This document shows, piece by piece, positions 39,343 to 48,958 of a stretch of 57,166 nt of DNA. The DNA is from Alphaproteobacteria bacterium (GTDB lineage: Bacteria; Pseudomonadota; Alphaproteobacteria; Paracaedibacterales; CAIOTO01). Positions within the stretch are counted from its first letter, which is position 1. Every line of letters begins with the position of its first letter. A program made the position numbers and the translations under genes. Under the pieces are notes generated by a model. It was not told the origin of the DNA, did not search any database, and saw only the letters and a program-made list of their open reading frames with translations. The stretch covers positions 1 to 57,166 of the forward strand of contig CANKZX010000004.1 in NCBI GenBank assembly GCA_947488275.1, read 5' to 3'.

Positions 39343-40380
39343 ATGGCTTTTAAGAATTTAATATTTACTGTTGTTGGCGCAACAGGTGCCGTTGGCAATG
39401 CTGTTTTATCATTATTAGCCGAACGCGGCATTCCCAAAGAAAATGTACAAGCCGTTGCGTCCAAACGTTCCCTTGGTGCCTCTGTTTCCTATGGTGACCA
39501 TGCAGAATTAGCCATAAAACCCCTTGAACATTTTGATTTCAGCACCACCCACATTGCTTTCTTTGCTGTTAGCAGTGATATATCGGCAGAATACATGCTA
39601 CGCGCCACACAACAAGGCGCCCTTGTTATCGATAAATCATCATACTTTCGTATGAATGCTGATGTCCCCCTCATTGTGCCAGAGGTTAACCCAGATGCAA
39701 TTGCGCATGCCGCCAAGCGTCGCATCATCGCAAATCCAAATTGTTCAACGATTCAGCTTGTCGCGGCTTTAAAGCCCATTCACGACATTAATCCCATTAA
39801 ACGGATCGTTTTATCGACATACCAAGCTGTTTCAGGCGCAGGTAGTAATGCAATGGATATCCTTTATAATGAAACAAAAACCGTACTAATGAATCAACCA
39901 TCCACACCAAACACAACCTTTCCCAAGCCCATTGCCTTTAATGTGATTCCAAAAATTGATGTCTTTATGGATGATGGTGGCTCAAAAGAAGAATGGAAAA
40001 TGATTGAGGAGACAAAGAAAATTTTGTCACCTGATATTCGTGTAGCAGCAACATGTGTGCGTGTGCCTGTTTTTGTTGGACATTCAATTGCAGTGACGCT
40101 TGAGCTAACGCAAACGTTTGATGTGAAAGAAATCATAAAAGCACTCAAAACATCTAAAGCGCTGAAAGTAGCAGGAACTATCGATCAATTCCATACACCA
40201 TCGGAGGCTGCACAGGAAGATTATATCTTTGTGAGCCGCATTCGCCGTGATACCTCCACCGAAAATGGATTATCTTTATGGATTGTAGCGGATAATTTAC
40301 GCAAAGGCGCTGCATTGAATGCAGTTCAAATTGCCGAACACGCGTATAAACATCATAAGTACTTAATTCGTGATCACTAA
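39343..40380 (+). CDS. asd: aspartate-semialdehyde dehydrogenase
   Basis: VVGATGAVG, ANPNCST, TYQAVSGAG, DNLRKGAALNAVQIAE. Confidence 0.98.
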   Translation: MAFKNLIFTVVGATGAVGNAVLSLLAERGIPKENVQAVASKRSLGASVSYGDHAELAIKPLEHFDFSTTHIAFFAVSSDISAEYMLRATQQGALVIDKSSYFRMNADVPLIVPEVNPDAIAHAAKRRIIANPNCSTIQLVAALKPIHDINPIKRIVLSTYQAVSGAGSNAMDILYNETKTVLMNQPSTPNTTFPKPIAFNVIPKIDVFMDDGGSKEEWKMIEETKKILSPDIRVAATCVRVPVFVGHSIAVTLELTQTFDVKEIIKALKTSKALKVAGTIDQFHTPSEAAQEDYIFVSRIRRDTSTENGLSLWIVADNLRKGAALNAVQIAEHAYKHHKYLIRDH

Positions 40381-40642
40381 AAAAAGGGTTATGAAATTTA
40401 TTAAGAACCTTCCACCTAAGCATCAATCTCAAATCAAAAAATATATTTTGAATTTCCAAGAAACGCCGATCCCTCATGACTCTCAAGCATTAAAAGGGTA
40501 CGAACCTTATCGCCGCAAAGATTGCGGTGAATACCGAATTATTTACAAAATCGATGAAGAGATTAAAACGATTTACATTATTCTTGTTGGAAAAAGAAAT
40601 GGCGGAGAAGTTTATAAGTTCTTGAGCAATATCCTCAATTAG
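40370..40642 (+). CDS. RelE/ParE-family toxin
   Basis: PIPHDSQALKG..YRRKDCGEYRIIY...VGKRN. Confidence 0.85.
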   Translation: MITKKRVMKFIKNLPPKHQSQIKKYILNFQETPIPHDSQALKGYEPYRRKDCGEYRIIYKIDEEIKTIYIILVGKRNGGEVYKFLSNILN

Positions 40643-41079
40643 CCATTCTGAAAAATACGACTAAAAACCGTCTTGATCTGATAATCTTTCTTTGGTCCTT
40701 TCACTGTATATAACATGTCAAAATGATCATGATCGTGAAATACCCACTTACAATGATACACATCCTGATTACATAAATGATCATGCTGTGCCCTTACAGG
40801 AAACATTGTGTCCGTGACATTAACCTGATGCAACAAAACGCCATCACTTTTCAAAAGCGTAAATGTGGTGGGTGTCACATGATAGGTGTGCGATTGAAAG
40901 CATGTTTGGCAATCATTGTGTAACTGATACAGACCTTTCTCGGTATATAACACACGATTATTATCGGATGCTTCAAAATGCGCCATCCCAGTTATGGTAA
41001 TATTTGGCTCTGAAACGCACCGTATGAATGCCCAATCCCTTGTAAAAATATGATGAAAGTTAAGTTTTTTAAAAGTCAT
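40639..41079 (-). CDS. DUF6314-like hypothetical protein
   Basis: GMAHF, LYTEKG, HLCNQDVY, VKGPKKDY pattern. Confidence 0.7.
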   Translation of the reverse strand: MTFKKLNFHHIFTRDWAFIRCVSEPNITITGMAHFEASDNNRVLYTEKGLYQLHNDCQTCFQSHTYHVTPTTFTLLKSDGVLLHQVNVTDTMFPVRAQHDHLCNQDVYHCKWVFHDHDHFDMLYTVKGPKKDYQIKTVFSRIFQNG

Positions 41080-41129
41080 TTGTTTAAAGTCTTATGTGTA
41101 AAAATTATGTATTATACGCAGTGCTCACG

Positions 41130-41196
41130 TTTACTCTGCCAAAAATGCGCCGTCGCATCCAAGAAATTCTGCAGCATCGCATGACCATGTTCACTC
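41130..41196. repeat. 67-bp direct repeat, copy 1 (duplicated pabA 3' end)
   Basis: 66/67 identical to 41587-41653. Confidence 0.95.
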
Positions 41197-41586
41197 GTCG
41201 TCATGGCGAATCTGCAAAGCAGATGTGGCCATCCAGTTAAATAATATCGTCATATAAATCTTTCCATACTGGATTAACACGCTCAATAAGCATTAGCTTA
41301 TTCTTTCGCGATCCTTTTTTAATTTGTGTTTCACGTTGAATTGCCGCCTCCATTGTGTCATGTAATTCATAAAACACAAGATATTTACAACCATATTTTT
41401 TACTAAAACCATTATACAATAATGCTTTATGATCGTAGACTCTCTTAACTAAATCGGATGTAACACCTGTATAAAGTGCGCCATTTCGTTGATTTGTGAT
41501 AATGTAAACAGCAGGTTTTTTCATATATTACATGTTTTTCTGGATGGCTACGCCCCTTCGGGACTCGCCATGACGGCGCCTCTATA
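41197..41586. mobile_element. GIY-YIG nuclease cassette bounded by CGTC-type palindromes
   Basis: GTCGTCATGGCGA...ATCCAG on the left and CTGGATG...TCGCCATGACGGC on the right; flanked by 67-bp direct repeats. Confidence 0.8.
41237..41524 (-). CDS. GIY-YIG nuclease family protein
   Basis: VYII..NGALYTGVTSDL, AIQRETQIK, NPVWKDL. Confidence 0.95.
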   Translation of the reverse strand: MKKPAVYIITNQRNGALYTGVTSDLVKRVYDHKALLYNGFSKKYGCKYLVFYELHDTMEAAIQRETQIKKGSRKNKLMLIERVNPVWKDLYDDII

Positions 41587-42207
41587 TTTACTCTGCCAAA
41601 AATGCGCCGTCGCATCCAAGAAATTCTGCAGCACCGCATGACCATGTTCACTCATAACCGATTCAGGATGAAATTGCACACCATATGTTGGATGGATTTT
41701 ATGTTGCACCGCCATAATGATACGCCTACTCTCCCCTAACGATTTCATATCATCAGGCAACCAAGCCGTTACCGCTAACACATCAGGCAATACCTCTGCC
41801 TCTATCACGAGTGAGTGATACCGCATCACCTGAAATGACGTTGGCAATCCTTTAAATATAGGGTTATCACTCAACTGATCAATCGTAATCATACTTGTTT
41901 TACCATGGATTGGCACTGTCGCCCGCACAATCTTTCCACCAAAAACGTGCCCTATACATTGATGCCCAAGACATACCCCAAAAATTGGGATACGCCCTGA
42001 AAACTGTTCAATTATAGCATTTGATAAACCAGCTTCTATAGGGGAACATGGTCCTGGCGAAATGACAATGGCTTTATAATTCGCCTGTTCAATGGCATCG
42101 AGTGTAATCGCATCATTACGAAAAACAACAACATCTTGCCCTAGTTCCACCAAATAACGTTGCAAATTAAAAATGAAAGAATCGTAGTTATCAATGAGAA
42201 GAATCAT
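41548..42207 (-). CDS. pabA: aminodeoxychorismate/anthranilate synthase component II
   Basis: IDNYDSF, SPGP, GVCLGHQ, RYHSL, GVQFHPES; trpG versus pabA cannot be resolved from sequence alone. Confidence 0.9.
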   Translation of the reverse strand: MILLIDNYDSFIFNLQRYLVELGQDVVVFRNDAITLDAIEQANYKAIVISPGPCSPIEAGLSNAIIEQFSGRIPIFGVCLGHQCIGHVFGGKIVRATVPIHGKTSMITIDQLSDNPIFKGLPTSFQVMRYHSLVIEAEVLPDVLAVTAWLPDDMKSLGESRRIIMAVQHKIHPTYGVQFHPESVMSEHGHAVLQNFLDATAHFWQSKYRGAVMASPEGA

Positions 42208-42434
42208 GATTGAGTTAAAACGTTTTGATTGTATCTATCTTGATAATACTTCAGCACAAACACGCGTAAATGACTAGCTAAATTCACATCCTTACGGTGA
42301 CAATCCTGATATGTTACTAAATCGTTTAGACTCATATCATCGCGTATTGCAATTTCTAAAAGTGCGTCCCAGAATTCTTCTTCCAAAGCAAGGCTGGTGG
42401 CATGCCCTGAAAGGCGTATTGACTTTTTTATCAT
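42204..42434 (-). CDS. ribbon-helix-helix domain protein
   Basis: KKSIRLSGHATSLALEEEFW...NLASHLRVFVL. Confidence 0.9.
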   Translation of the reverse strand: MIKKSIRLSGHATSLALEEEFWDALLEIAIRDDMSLNDLVTYQDCHRKDVNLASHLRVFVLKYYQDRYNQNVLTQS

Positions 42435-42481
42435 AATTAACCTAAAATTTTATTATAATTAACCTTACAAAAGTGACCTTC

Positions 42482-43408
42482 ATGTCCGAAACACACGAAA
42501 CGCACAAATCTGACGATCATTCAAACCATAATGAACCGCACATTCTTGAGGAAACACACAGCTCTCACAAAACGAACAGCAAAGAAGGCACACACGCCTC
42601 AATAGAACACAACGCAGATAATCATCATTCAACCAATCATGATGGCGTCCTTTTGTGGAGTGGGCTTGCTCTTCTGGTTTTGCTCGCCAGCCACTGGATT
42701 CTTCCACGTTTAAAGCACTTACGCAATATTGATATTTCTATCCTTAATTCAATTTGTGGTGGTATCGCACTTGGTTTTGTCCTTCTTCACATTTTACCAG
42801 AAGTTATTGTTGATGTTCAAAAAATAAAACATGTTTTTCATTTGAATATTCTCAACAATCACCACATCCTGATCTTTTTCACCTTTTTCTTGGTTCTCAT
42901 CGGCTTCTTAATTCTCTACAGTCTTGAAAAAGTTGCGCACGACTCAACCAAAGAAGGGAATGAATCCAGTGGTCTGGTTTATGCCCTCCATATTGGCGTT
43001 CTTTACTACCTCACCTTTTCTGTGGGATTCAATTTAGCCTTTTATGCACACGAAGGTCTTTATGTACTCGCGCTTTTCACCATTGCCATTGCATGTCATT
43101 TTATGCTCGACGAACATGCAATTGCACATCATTTCCCCACACGATTTGACAATTCCAGTCGCATACATCTATCCGTTGCGGCTGTCATTGGCTGGGGCAT
43201 GGGATATTTCTGCTTACTGAACAACATCCATTATATTGATATCTTCATGAATGCTTTCCTTGCAGGTGCGCTCATCCTATCAACGGTAAAAACAGAATTC
43301 TCCCTTTTTGAAGGACGATCGCATTACCCAACGTTTTTAATCAGCCTACTCATCGAAGGAATAATGGTTATCCTCATGATAAGCCAGCAATCATTACACC
43401 ACGGATAA
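42482..43408 (+). CDS. polytopic membrane protein with His-rich N-terminus, ZIP-like metal transporter candidate
   Basis: His/Glu-rich tail; GGIALGFVLLHILPE; IACHF; AFLAGALI; about 8 TM segments. Confidence 0.6.
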   Translation: MSETHETHKSDDHSNHNEPHILEETHSSHKTNSKEGTHASIEHNADNHHSTNHDGVLLWSGLALLVLLASHWILPRLKHLRNIDISILNSICGGIALGFVLLHILPEVIVDVQKIKHVFHLNILNNHHILIFFTFFLVLIGFLILYSLEKVAHDSTKEGNESSGLVYALHIGVLYYLTFSVGFNLAFYAHEGLYVLALFTIAIACHFMLDEHAIAHHFPTRFDNSSRIHLSVAAVIGWGMGYFCLLNNIHYIDIFMNAFLAGALILSTVKTEFSLFEGRSHYPTFLISLLIEGIMVILMISQQSLHHG

Positions 43409-43435
43409 TCAGCCACAATCGAAAGGAAAATTATT

Positions 43436-44245
43436 ATGTTACCTCATGGAAATAAACTTGAAAAATGGCTTGATAGTGACTGCATGCATGAAATTATTGC
43501 CTTTTTAATCATCATAAATGCAATTGTGCTGGGACTTGAAACATATACCTCACTCAAAGAATATCTTCCACTGCTGCATGCGATTGATAAAGCCTTACTA
43601 ATTTTCTTCGTAGCAGAGCTTGCCTTACGTGTTTTCGCAGGGGGGATACGGTTCTTCCGAAGTGGCTGGCACCTTTTTGATGCCTTTATTATCTTGATTT
43701 CAATAGCCAGTGCATCAAGTGGATTGTCGGCCTTACGTGCGGTGCGAATCCTTCGTGTGATGCGGCTTATTTCGCTTTTCCCACAATTGCGCATTGTTGT
43801 CTCAGCGATCTATATGGCAATTCCTGGCGTGTTAAGCGTTGCGGGCATTCTACTCGTTTTCTTTTATACATTTTCAATTATTGCCTTTAACCTATTTAAT
43901 GACATTAGCCCTGAAATGTTTAGCAGTTTAGGTGGCTCAATGTACACGCTCTTTCAGCTTATGCTTTGTGATGATTGGAGTGCCACAACACGCCCCATAC
44001 TCGCCAAGATGCCACACGCTTATTTATTTTTCATTCCGTTTGTCATCACAATGACATTTTGCGTGCTCAACCTATTTTTTGGTTTAATTGTTAATGCCAT
44101 GCAATCAGCTGCAGACAAAGAAAGCGAAGATATTCTAGGCATGGCTGATGAAGAGGCTGAAAATGAAACTGCCATATTAACAGCAAAAATCGAAGGTCTT
44201 ACACACGAAATTCAAGCACTAAAAGCACTTATACGAAAAGAATAA
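43436..44245 (+). CDS. BacNav-family voltage-gated cation channel
   Basis: NAIVLGLET, WHLFD, S4 LRAVRILRVMRL, TLFQLM..DW pore, NLFFGLIVNAMQ, C-terminal coiled coil. Confidence 0.93.
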   Translation: MLPHGNKLEKWLDSDCMHEIIAFLIIINAIVLGLETYTSLKEYLPLLHAIDKALLIFFVAELALRVFAGGIRFFRSGWHLFDAFIILISIASASSGLSALRAVRILRVMRLISLFPQLRIVVSAIYMAIPGVLSVAGILLVFFYTFSIIAFNLFNDISPEMFSSLGGSMYTLFQLMLCDDWSATTRPILAKMPHAYLFFIPFVITMTFCVLNLFFGLIVNAMQSAADKESEDILGMADEEAENETAILTAKIEGLTHEIQALKALIRKE

Positions 44246-44272
44246 CAGGATATGCTTTGATTTTTCTCAATA

Positions 44273-45559
44273 GTGTTGTTTAATACTTACAGTCATATGT
44301 TATGGAAACCTCTAATGCCACTTTTTTTTCGATCCATTCTAGGTTTCCTTATTCTCCTTCTGATCTGCTATTTTTTTTCTACTAATCGCAAAAACATTAA
44401 TTGGTCAAACGTTCTCAAGTGTTTTGGTCTATTTTTCTTTCTTGCCACTCTCATGACACATGTATCTCTTATTGAACGCATCATCATGCATGTATCACTT
44501 GCTGTTGAGGCCCTGCAAGCGGCAACCTTAGAAGGAACAAAATTTGTTTTTGGTTATATTGGCGGCGGCAATACACCATTTGATATTCCAGAACATCGAA
44601 AAGATAATAATTTCATTATTGCTTTCCAGGCATTTCCTATCATAATCGTTGTTGGTGCGATTACGATGCTCTTCTTTTACTGGCGTATTATTCCAGTATT
44701 AGTACGTGCTATATCTCCCTTTTTTGGAAAAAGTATGGGTATTGGAGGCGCCTTAGGAATCGTCTCAACAGCTAAAATATTTTTTGGGCACCTTGAAACA
44801 GGGTTATTTGTAAAACCATACCTAAGATTATTTTCACAATCAGAACTTCTTATTTTGATGACTCTTGGTTTTTCGACCACGTCTGTTGTTGTGATGCCTG
44901 TTTATAGCAGCCTCATCATTAAATATGTTCCGAATGCAATGCCTATTTTTATCATGACGAACATTGTAACCATTCCGCTTGTTATTGGTTTATGCAAAAT
45001 GCTCGAACCCTGCGAACATAATACGGCAGGCACACTGGAAACACCGTATAATTTCACAGGTTCATTTGATGCCATTAGTCGCGGCACACGTGATGGTTTA
45101 TCAATTTTTATCAACATTATTGCAATGCTTATTGTCATAGCAGCACTTATCACACTCTGTAATAAATCACTCAGTTTAATTCCCTTAACACAAACACTTT
45201 CACTTCAATATCTTTTAGGATACTTATTTAAACCCATTGCATGGTTTATGGGCATTCCATGGCATGAAACCCATCAAGCAGGACAACTGCTTGCAACAAA
45301 AACGGTACTCAATGAAATCTTTGCCTATATGGATTTTGCTAAAATCGGCGGAAATTTATCACCAAAAACACAGATTATCCTTGCCTCCGCCCTATCAAGC
45401 TTTGCAAATTTTGCATCAATTGGTGTCATTATTTCTGGCTTTTCAACAATTTGCCCTGAAAAAAAGAAACTCATCGCAAAAATGGGCTTTCAAGCCTTTC
45501 TTATCGGCGTCATTGCCACGTGTGTATCAGGCGCATTACTTGGTATATTATTGAAGTGA
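44273..45559 (+). CDS. NupC/CNT nucleoside transporter
   Basis: GTKFVFG, AFQAFP, TKTVLNE, SFANFASIG. Confidence 0.9.
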   Translation: MLFNTYSHMLWKPLMPLFFRSILGFLILLLICYFFSTNRKNINWSNVLKCFGLFFFLATLMTHVSLIERIIMHVSLAVEALQAATLEGTKFVFGYIGGGNTPFDIPEHRKDNNFIIAFQAFPIIIVVGAITMLFFYWRIIPVLVRAISPFFGKSMGIGGALGIVSTAKIFFGHLETGLFVKPYLRLFSQSELLILMTLGFSTTSVVVMPVYSSLIIKYVPNAMPIFIMTNIVTIPLVIGLCKMLEPCEHNTAGTLETPYNFTGSFDAISRGTRDGLSIFINIIAMLIVIAALITLCNKSLSLIPLTQTLSLQYLLGYLFKPIAWFMGIPWHETHQAGQLLATKTVLNEIFAYMDFAKIGGNLSPKTQIILASALSSFANFASIGVIISGFSTICPEKKKLIAKMGFQAFLIGVIATCVSGALLGILLK

Positions 45560-45645
45560 TAATGCACCAAAAATAAACTTTTTAACTAAAAACAACATCT
45601 TATCCTTGACGGACGCCTCATTTTTGCTTTACATTTAATTGTGCT

Positions 45646-45737
45646 GGAGAGATGGCCGAGCGGCTTAAGGCAACGGTTTGCTAAACCGTCATACGGGTTA
45701 TTCTGTATCGAGGGTTCGAATCCCTCTCTCTCCGCCA
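45646..45737 (+). tRNA. tRNA-Ser(GCT)
   Basis: GGAGAGA/TCTCTCC acceptor stem with GCCA end; ACGGT-TTGCTAA-ACCGT anticodon arm; long variable arm; GGTTCGAATCC; TTGACG..TACATT promoter-like sequence upstream. Confidence 0.97.
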
Positions 45738-45758
45738 TCTTTAAAATCCCTTCATTAA

Positions 45759-48281
45759 TTATCCAACAACAATATTCACAATACGATTTGGCACCACAAT
45801 CACTTTACGGATCGTCACATCTTTTACATAAGGCAAAACACTGGGCACAGCAAACGCTTGCGCACGTAAGACATCATCATTCATATCAGGCTCTGCAATA
45901 AAGGTGCCTCGCAATTTCCCATTAATCTGAACAGCGATTGTCACTTCATTTGTTTTTGATAACACAGGATCTGGCGTTGGCAAACGCACCTCATCTAACA
46001 TATTACCACCTGTCAATCGTTCATACAGCTCATATCCCATATGCGGCGCAATCGGCACAAGCATTAATACAAAAAACAACAAACCTTCTTCAAGGGCAGC
46101 GCTTGAACTGGTTACGGCAGCTTCCTCTAAAATACGACAGAATTCTCTGTGATAGGCAATCGCTTTGTTAAAAGCATTACGCTCATAACTATCAATCAGC
46201 TTTGCTAAATACTGATGTGAGAGCCTTCGCAAGGCATCATCCCCATCCCGTTTGAGATGAATAGCATCCAAAACGGTATCTGACATACGCGTCACACGAT
46301 TTAAATAGCGCCAACACCCATCAAGTGCCTCCGTATTCCAATCAAAATCTTTCTCAGGCGGAGTATCAGACAACATAAACAAACGCGCCACGTCAGCACC
46401 ATATGAATTTAAGATTTCCATTGGATCGACCAAATTCATCTTTGATTTGCTCATTTTTTCCGCACGACCAATAACGGCTTTTTCGCCCGTCGCCTCAACT
46501 ACCCATTCGCCACGATCATTTTTAATGACATCATTTGGGTATAACCACTTACCTGCCTGATCTTGGTATGTTTCATGGCACACCATTCCCTGGGTGAGCA
46601 AATTCGTAAACGGTTCAGAAAAATCAAGATACCCCAAATCACGTAAAGCCTTTGTGAAAAAACGCGCGTACAATAAATGCAAAACCGCATGTTCAACACC
46701 GCCAATATACCAATCAACAGGTGCCCATTTTCGAACATCCCCCATATCAAAAGGTACGTCGACATCTTTAGGCGAACAATAACGCAAAAAATACCATGAT
46801 GAATCAAAGAATGTATCAAGCGTATCCGTTTCACGGCGCGCAGGCTTGCCGCACTTAGGGCAATCAATATCCTTCCACGTCGAGTGATGTTCTAAGGGGT
46901 TCCCTGGTTTATCAAATGTTACATCCTCAGGTAAAACAACAGGTAAAGCAGAAATTGGCATTGGCACCACACCACAATCATCACAATGCACCATAGGAAT
47001 TGGGCACCCCCAGTAACGCTGACGGGATACAAGCCAATCACGAAGGCGGAATGTCACTTGACTCTCCCCCACCCCTAATTCTTTTAATCGTTGAAGTGCT
47101 GCACTTTTTCCATCAGCAATGGTCATACCATCTAAAAATTCGGATGCCATCAAAATACCATCACCCAAATATGGCAATGTCGCAACATCATCATTTCGAA
47201 CTACACGCTTAATTGGCAATGCATATTTCGTTGCAAAGTCAAAATCACGTTCATCATGGGCTGGACAACCAAATACAGCACCTGTCCCATAGTCCATCAA
47301 CACAAAATTTGCTACATAAACAGGCAACGTCCATGTGGCATCAAAAGGATGGGCAACACGCAACCCCGTATCAAAACCTTTTTTGTCAACGGTGCTAATG
47401 GCCTCTTCCGTTGCAATCATTTGCTGACACTCTTTTATAAAAGCATCCAAACTTGGATTTGTTTGACTGAGTTGTTCTGCCAGTGGATGCGCTGGAGCAA
47501 GTGCAATAAAGGACGCACCAAACAGTGTATCAGGGCGCGTTGTAAACACAGGAATTACATACCCATCATTCTCAATAACAAAATTGATAAGGGCACCTTC
47601 GGATCTGCCAATCCAATTTTCTTGCATTTTTAGAACCTTTTCAGGCCACCCTTTGAGCGTCTGAAGGTCATTCAACAATTCATCCGCATAATCGGTAATA
47701 CGAAGCGACCACTGGCTTAAACGACGTTTTTCAACGAGTGCACCCGACCGCCAACCACGACCATTCACCACTTGTTCATTCGCCAAAACTGAATTCTCGA
47801 TAGGATCCCAATTTACCCATGATTCCTTACGTTCAAGCAATCCTTTTTCATAGAATTCAAGAAATAACCGCTGTTGATGCTTATAATAATCAGGCATACA
47901 GGTTGCTATTTCACGATCCCAATTATATGAAAAACCGAGCGCCTTTAACTGAAAGCGCATTTCTGCCATGTTTTGTGTTGTCCAATGTGATGGATGTACA
48001 TTGTTTTGAATCGCCGCATTTTCCGCTGGCAAACCAAACGCATCCCACCCCATTGGATGCAACACAGAAATCCCTTTCAATCGTTTAAAACGCGCAATCG
48101 CATCGCCAATTGAATAATTACGCACATGCCCCATATGAAGACGACCCGATGGATATGGTAACATTTCAAGGATATACTCATACGAATCCCCTGCTTGTTC
48201 AGCATGAGCTGCATTGTTTTGAGCTTCCCAATTTGCCTGCCATTTTTTTTCAACAGCCTTAAATGCGTATCCGCGTGTCAT
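45759..48281 (-). CDS. leuS: leucine--tRNA ligase
   Basis: [29 protein letters not shown]. Confidence 0.99.
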   Translation of the reverse strand: MTRGYAFKAVEKKWQANWEAQNNAAHAEQAGDSYEYILEMLPYPSGRLHMGHVRNYSIGDAIARFKRLKGISVLHPMGWDAFGLPAENAAIQNNVHPSHWTTQNMAEMRFQLKALGFSYNWDREIATCMPDYYKHQQRLFLEFYEKGLLERKESWVNWDPIENSVLANEQVVNGRGWRSGALVEKRRLSQWSLRITDYADELLNDLQTLKGWPEKVLKMQENWIGRSEGALINFVIENDGYVIPVFTTRPDTLFGASFIALAPAHPLAEQLSQTNPSLDAFIKECQQMIATEEAISTVDKKGFDTGLRVAHPFDATWTLPVYVANFVLMDYGTGAVFGCPAHDERDFDFATKYALPIKRVVRNDDVATLPYLGDGILMASEFLDGMTIADGKSAALQRLKELGVGESQVTFRLRDWLVSRQRYWGCPIPMVHCDDCGVVPMPISALPVVLPEDVTFDKPGNPLEHHSTWKDIDCPKCGKPARRETDTLDTFFDSSWYFLRYCSPKDVDVPFDMGDVRKWAPVDWYIGGVEHAVLHLLYARFFTKALRDLGYLDFSEPFTNLLTQGMVCHETYQDQAGKWLYPNDVIKNDRGEWVVEATGEKAVIGRAEKMSKSKMNLVDPMEILNSYGADVARLFMLSDTPPEKDFDWNTEALDGCWRYLNRVTRMSDTVLDAIHLKRDGDDALRRLSHQYLAKLIDSYERNAFNKAIAYHREFCRILEEAAVTSSSAALEEGLLFFVLMLVPIAPHMGYELYERLTGGNMLDEVRLPTPDPVLSKTNEVTIAVQINGKLRGTFIAEPDMNDDVLRAQAFAVPSVLPYVKDVTIRKVIVVPNRIVNIVVG

Positions 48282-48324
48282 ACTTCGTTATTCCTAATAC
48301 TTAAAATGTACTTAAAAAAAATCA

Positions 48325-48867
48325 TTACTTTGACTGCATCCGTAAATGACGTGCTTTTGTTAAAATAATATTCTCTAACTCTGTCGATGCTGTACGATCT
48401 TCATCAGACATATTAACCCATTGACCAGCACTTAGACGTTGCTTATGAATCGTTATATGAATTGCCTCTACGCGCAATTCAATACTTGTAATTTTTATCA
48501 TGACTTTTATACGCTCACTTGGCTTCTTCTCATCAACGTACCAGTCCGTTACAATCACGCCGCCATTGGCATCTGCCGATACAAGGGGCATAAAACTAAT
48601 GGCATCCAATGATGCACTCCACAAATAGGGGTTAACCCGCATCCCTGTGCCTTGGGCACCCGAACCTTTTTTCTTTGATCCACCAAAAACGAACGTATCA
48701 TCGCCCGCGATGGAACCAAAATTTGTTTTTCGCTTTGTTTCTTGATCAACGGGCGCAACAACATCAGGATCATCTTTTGATCGAAATTTACTACATCCAG
48801 ACAAAACAAGTACGGCACTTAACACCAATACACATATTCTTAACATTACTTTTTTCCATTTTTTCAT
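48325..48867 (-). CDS. DUF3576 lipoprotein
   Basis: LSGC lipobox; VNPYLWSASLD, GGVIVTDWY; upstream of leuS. Confidence 0.9.
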   Translation of the reverse strand: MKKWKKVMLRICVLVLSAVLVLSGCSKFRSKDDPDVVAPVDQETKRKTNFGSIAGDDTFVFGGSKKKGSGAQGTGMRVNPYLWSASLDAISFMPLVSADANGGVIVTDWYVDEKKPSERIKVMIKITSIELRVEAIHITIHKQRLSAGQWVNMSDEDRTASTELENIILTKARHLRMQSK

Positions 48868-48910
48868 TTATACCTTTTTATAAAGGTTTTGATGAAAACA
48901 CGCAACAAAC

Positions 48911-48937
48911 AAAAAAAAGTCGACATAAAATGCCGAC
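48911..48937 (-). terminator. probable intrinsic terminator after porin 1
   Basis: GTCGACAT/ATGCCGAC stem with adjacent A-run (T tract on the minus strand). Confidence 0.55.
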
Positions 48938-48958
48938 ATTCTTTTATTCATAAAAAAA

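Noticed and set aside
41445-41651. 68-aa minus-strand ORF crossing the palindrome
   Set aside because: Out-of-frame overlap with pabA and the GIY-YIG gene; no independent evidence
41130-41653. The 67-bp repeat pair as a diversity-generating retroelement TR/VR or prophage att sites
   Set aside because: Only one mismatch, and no reverse transcriptase, integrase or phage genes in the window
45646-45760. tRNA-Ser as a genomic island integration site
   Set aside because: No duplicated tRNA 3' end or integrase seen; leuS converges directly on it
45641-45901. 86-aa ORF beginning MLERWPSG
   Set aside because: Translation of the tRNA-Ser gene
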